From a virus (Duplodnaviria > Heunggongvirae > Uroviricota > Caudoviricetes), in IMG/VR virus record IMGVR_UViG_3300049215_000772, positions 1 to 64,000 of that record: a DNA stretch of 64,000 bases; one strand, 5' to 3'. Numbering within the stretch: position 1 is the stretch's first letter; each line of letters begins with the position of its first letter. Made by a program: the position numbers and the translations under genes. Below, one piece after another: positions 63,032 to 64,000 of the stretch. The notes below the pieces were generated by a model. That model saw only the letters and a list, made by a program, of their open reading frames with translations. It did not search any database and had not been told where the DNA came from.

Positions 63032-63480
63032 ACAGCAGAACCATCAAATTGCTGGCGGCTATAGTTGTCCTTGTGACGGCGCTTTTGTTGCTTACTAGGG
63101 ATCAGTGGTTCCCTCCACTTAACGAGTGGTACACAAAGGAGTTCAAGCATGTAACCGAAGTAGCCCCACCACTTACTCCACCTGGCCTGAAGGCTGGGCA
63201 GGAGTTTGCGGTCAAGCGTGTGCAAGTCTTGAAGGGCGACCAGTTCGACATCACGCTGGATGGCGATGCTCGAATCCTGGGTCGGTTGACAGTTCGAGCG
63301 GTTGACGGCATAAAACATAAAGTTGTTGATTTGCTGAACAATTGCGAGAACCCAAGAATCCGTCTTGTGAGGAAGCTAGAAGACGGAGAGTGGTTGGTTG
63401 ATTTCCGAGTAACGCAGAATGGCAGGGACGTGGACATTGCTACTTGGTTGTCAGACAACAAGCTGGTGTACAAACAATGA
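63028..63480 (+). CDS. membrane-anchored protein, possibly SNase/thermonuclease-like
   Basis: N-terminal transmembrane helix; 'VKRVQVLKGDQFDITLDGDARILGRLTVRAVDG' loosely resembles the SNase 'V.RV.DGDT....G...VRL.GID' block. Confidence 0.3.
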   Translation: MNSRTIKLLAAIVVLVTALLLLTRDQWFPPLNEWYTKEFKHVTEVAPPLTPPGLKAGQEFAVKRVQVLKGDQFDITLDGDARILGRLTVRAVDGIKHKVVDLLNNCENPRIRLVRKLEDGEWLVDFRVTQNGRDVDIATWLSDNKLVYKQ

Positions 63481-64000
63481 ATGAGGATAATGCTGGTTTG
63501 GCGGTCGTCAGTCAAAGCCGACGATCTGGCGACAAGCATCTGAGTGGTATCAGCGAGGAAGTACCTTCACCCAAACGCAAGGAGTCATGTCTGGAGAAAG
63601 TTCTCAAACTCCTTGCTGAAAAATGTAAGTTGGGGAAGACAGCGATCTTCACCCACCCATGCCCTGACCCCGATGCCATTGGTTCGATGATGGGTTTGGC
63701 CTGGTGCATTCGCAAGGCGTTTGACGCTGAGGTTGACTGTTTTTACGATGGGCATGTGTCCCACCCACAGAACCAGCGAATGTGCAACTTGCTCGACCCT
63801 GAGTTGCATTTATTTGACAAGTTCAAAAACGAGGACTATGCTCTTCGTGTGTGTGTTGATACCGTTCCGGCGCATTGTGCCTGTCCGCAAGGGATGGATT
63901 TTGACCTGGACCTGGATCACCACAAGGAAATTCCCAACGGCGGCTTCAAGGGTTTGTTCTTGAACCTCCGGGCGGGAAGCTGTTGTGCAACCATCTACCA
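63477..64000 (+). CDS. DHH-family phosphoesterase (NrnA/RecJ-like), 3'-truncated at the window edge
   Basis: DHH motifs I-III: 'IFTHPCPDPDAIGS', 'DLDHH'. Confidence 0.6.
   Translation, partial: MNEDNAGLAVVSQSRRSGDKHLSGISEEVPSPKRKESCLEKVLKLLAEKCKLGKTAIFTHPCPDPDAIGSMMGLAWCIRKAFDAEVDCFYDGHVSHPQNQRMCNLLDPELHLFDKFKNEDYALRVCVDTVPAHCACPQGMDFDLDLDHHKEIPNGGFKGLFLNLRAGSCCATIY

Noticed and set aside
1-64000. CRISPR arrays, rRNA, integrase/attachment sites
   Set aside because: No spaced direct-repeat arrays, rRNA-like segments or tyrosine/serine recombinase motifs were seen in the sequence or the translations.

Overview
The window is about 52% GC and looks like part of a very large tailed phage (jumbo/'huge' phage) genome. 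It is densely packed with both-strand coding and a T4-like replication/recombination set: a gp32-type SSB, UvsX, endonuclease VII, gp1-type dNMP kinase, ThyX, a Hel308-like helicase, and a DnaE polymerase fragmented into three ORFs. The last DnaE junction is a split intein flanking a free-standing endonuclease and a Dam-like methyltransferase. There is also a gp23-like capsid protein, a terminase ATPase-domain protein, and several zinc-finger-fused PD-(D/E)xK/Vsr/HNH endonucleases. Unusual cargo falls into five groups. (1) A complete PrkA/YeaG - YeaH(DUF444) - SpoVR/YcgB module carrying an inserted GHKL ATPase. (2) A translation-rescue set: a LeuRS with the CP1 editing domain deleted, a tmRNA (ssrA) with tag ...FAMAA lying over two spurious predicted ORFs, ClpP, a classic AAA ATPase, a CCA-adding enzyme and a 2H phosphoesterase. 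(3) A glycan toolkit: Glf, three sulfotransferase-like proteins, HldE, a GT9 heptosyltransferase, GT2 and DXD glycosyltransferases, and a methyltransferase. (4) An amidoligase next to a secreted caspase-like peptidase, a secreted C39-like peptidase, and two cysteine-rich secreted proteins. (5) A DHH phosphoesterase, an SPFH protein, a thioesterase, and an unlisted PspC-domain mini-ORF. No CRISPR array or rRNA was seen. All calls rest on reading motifs in the supplied translations and sequence; no database searches were run.
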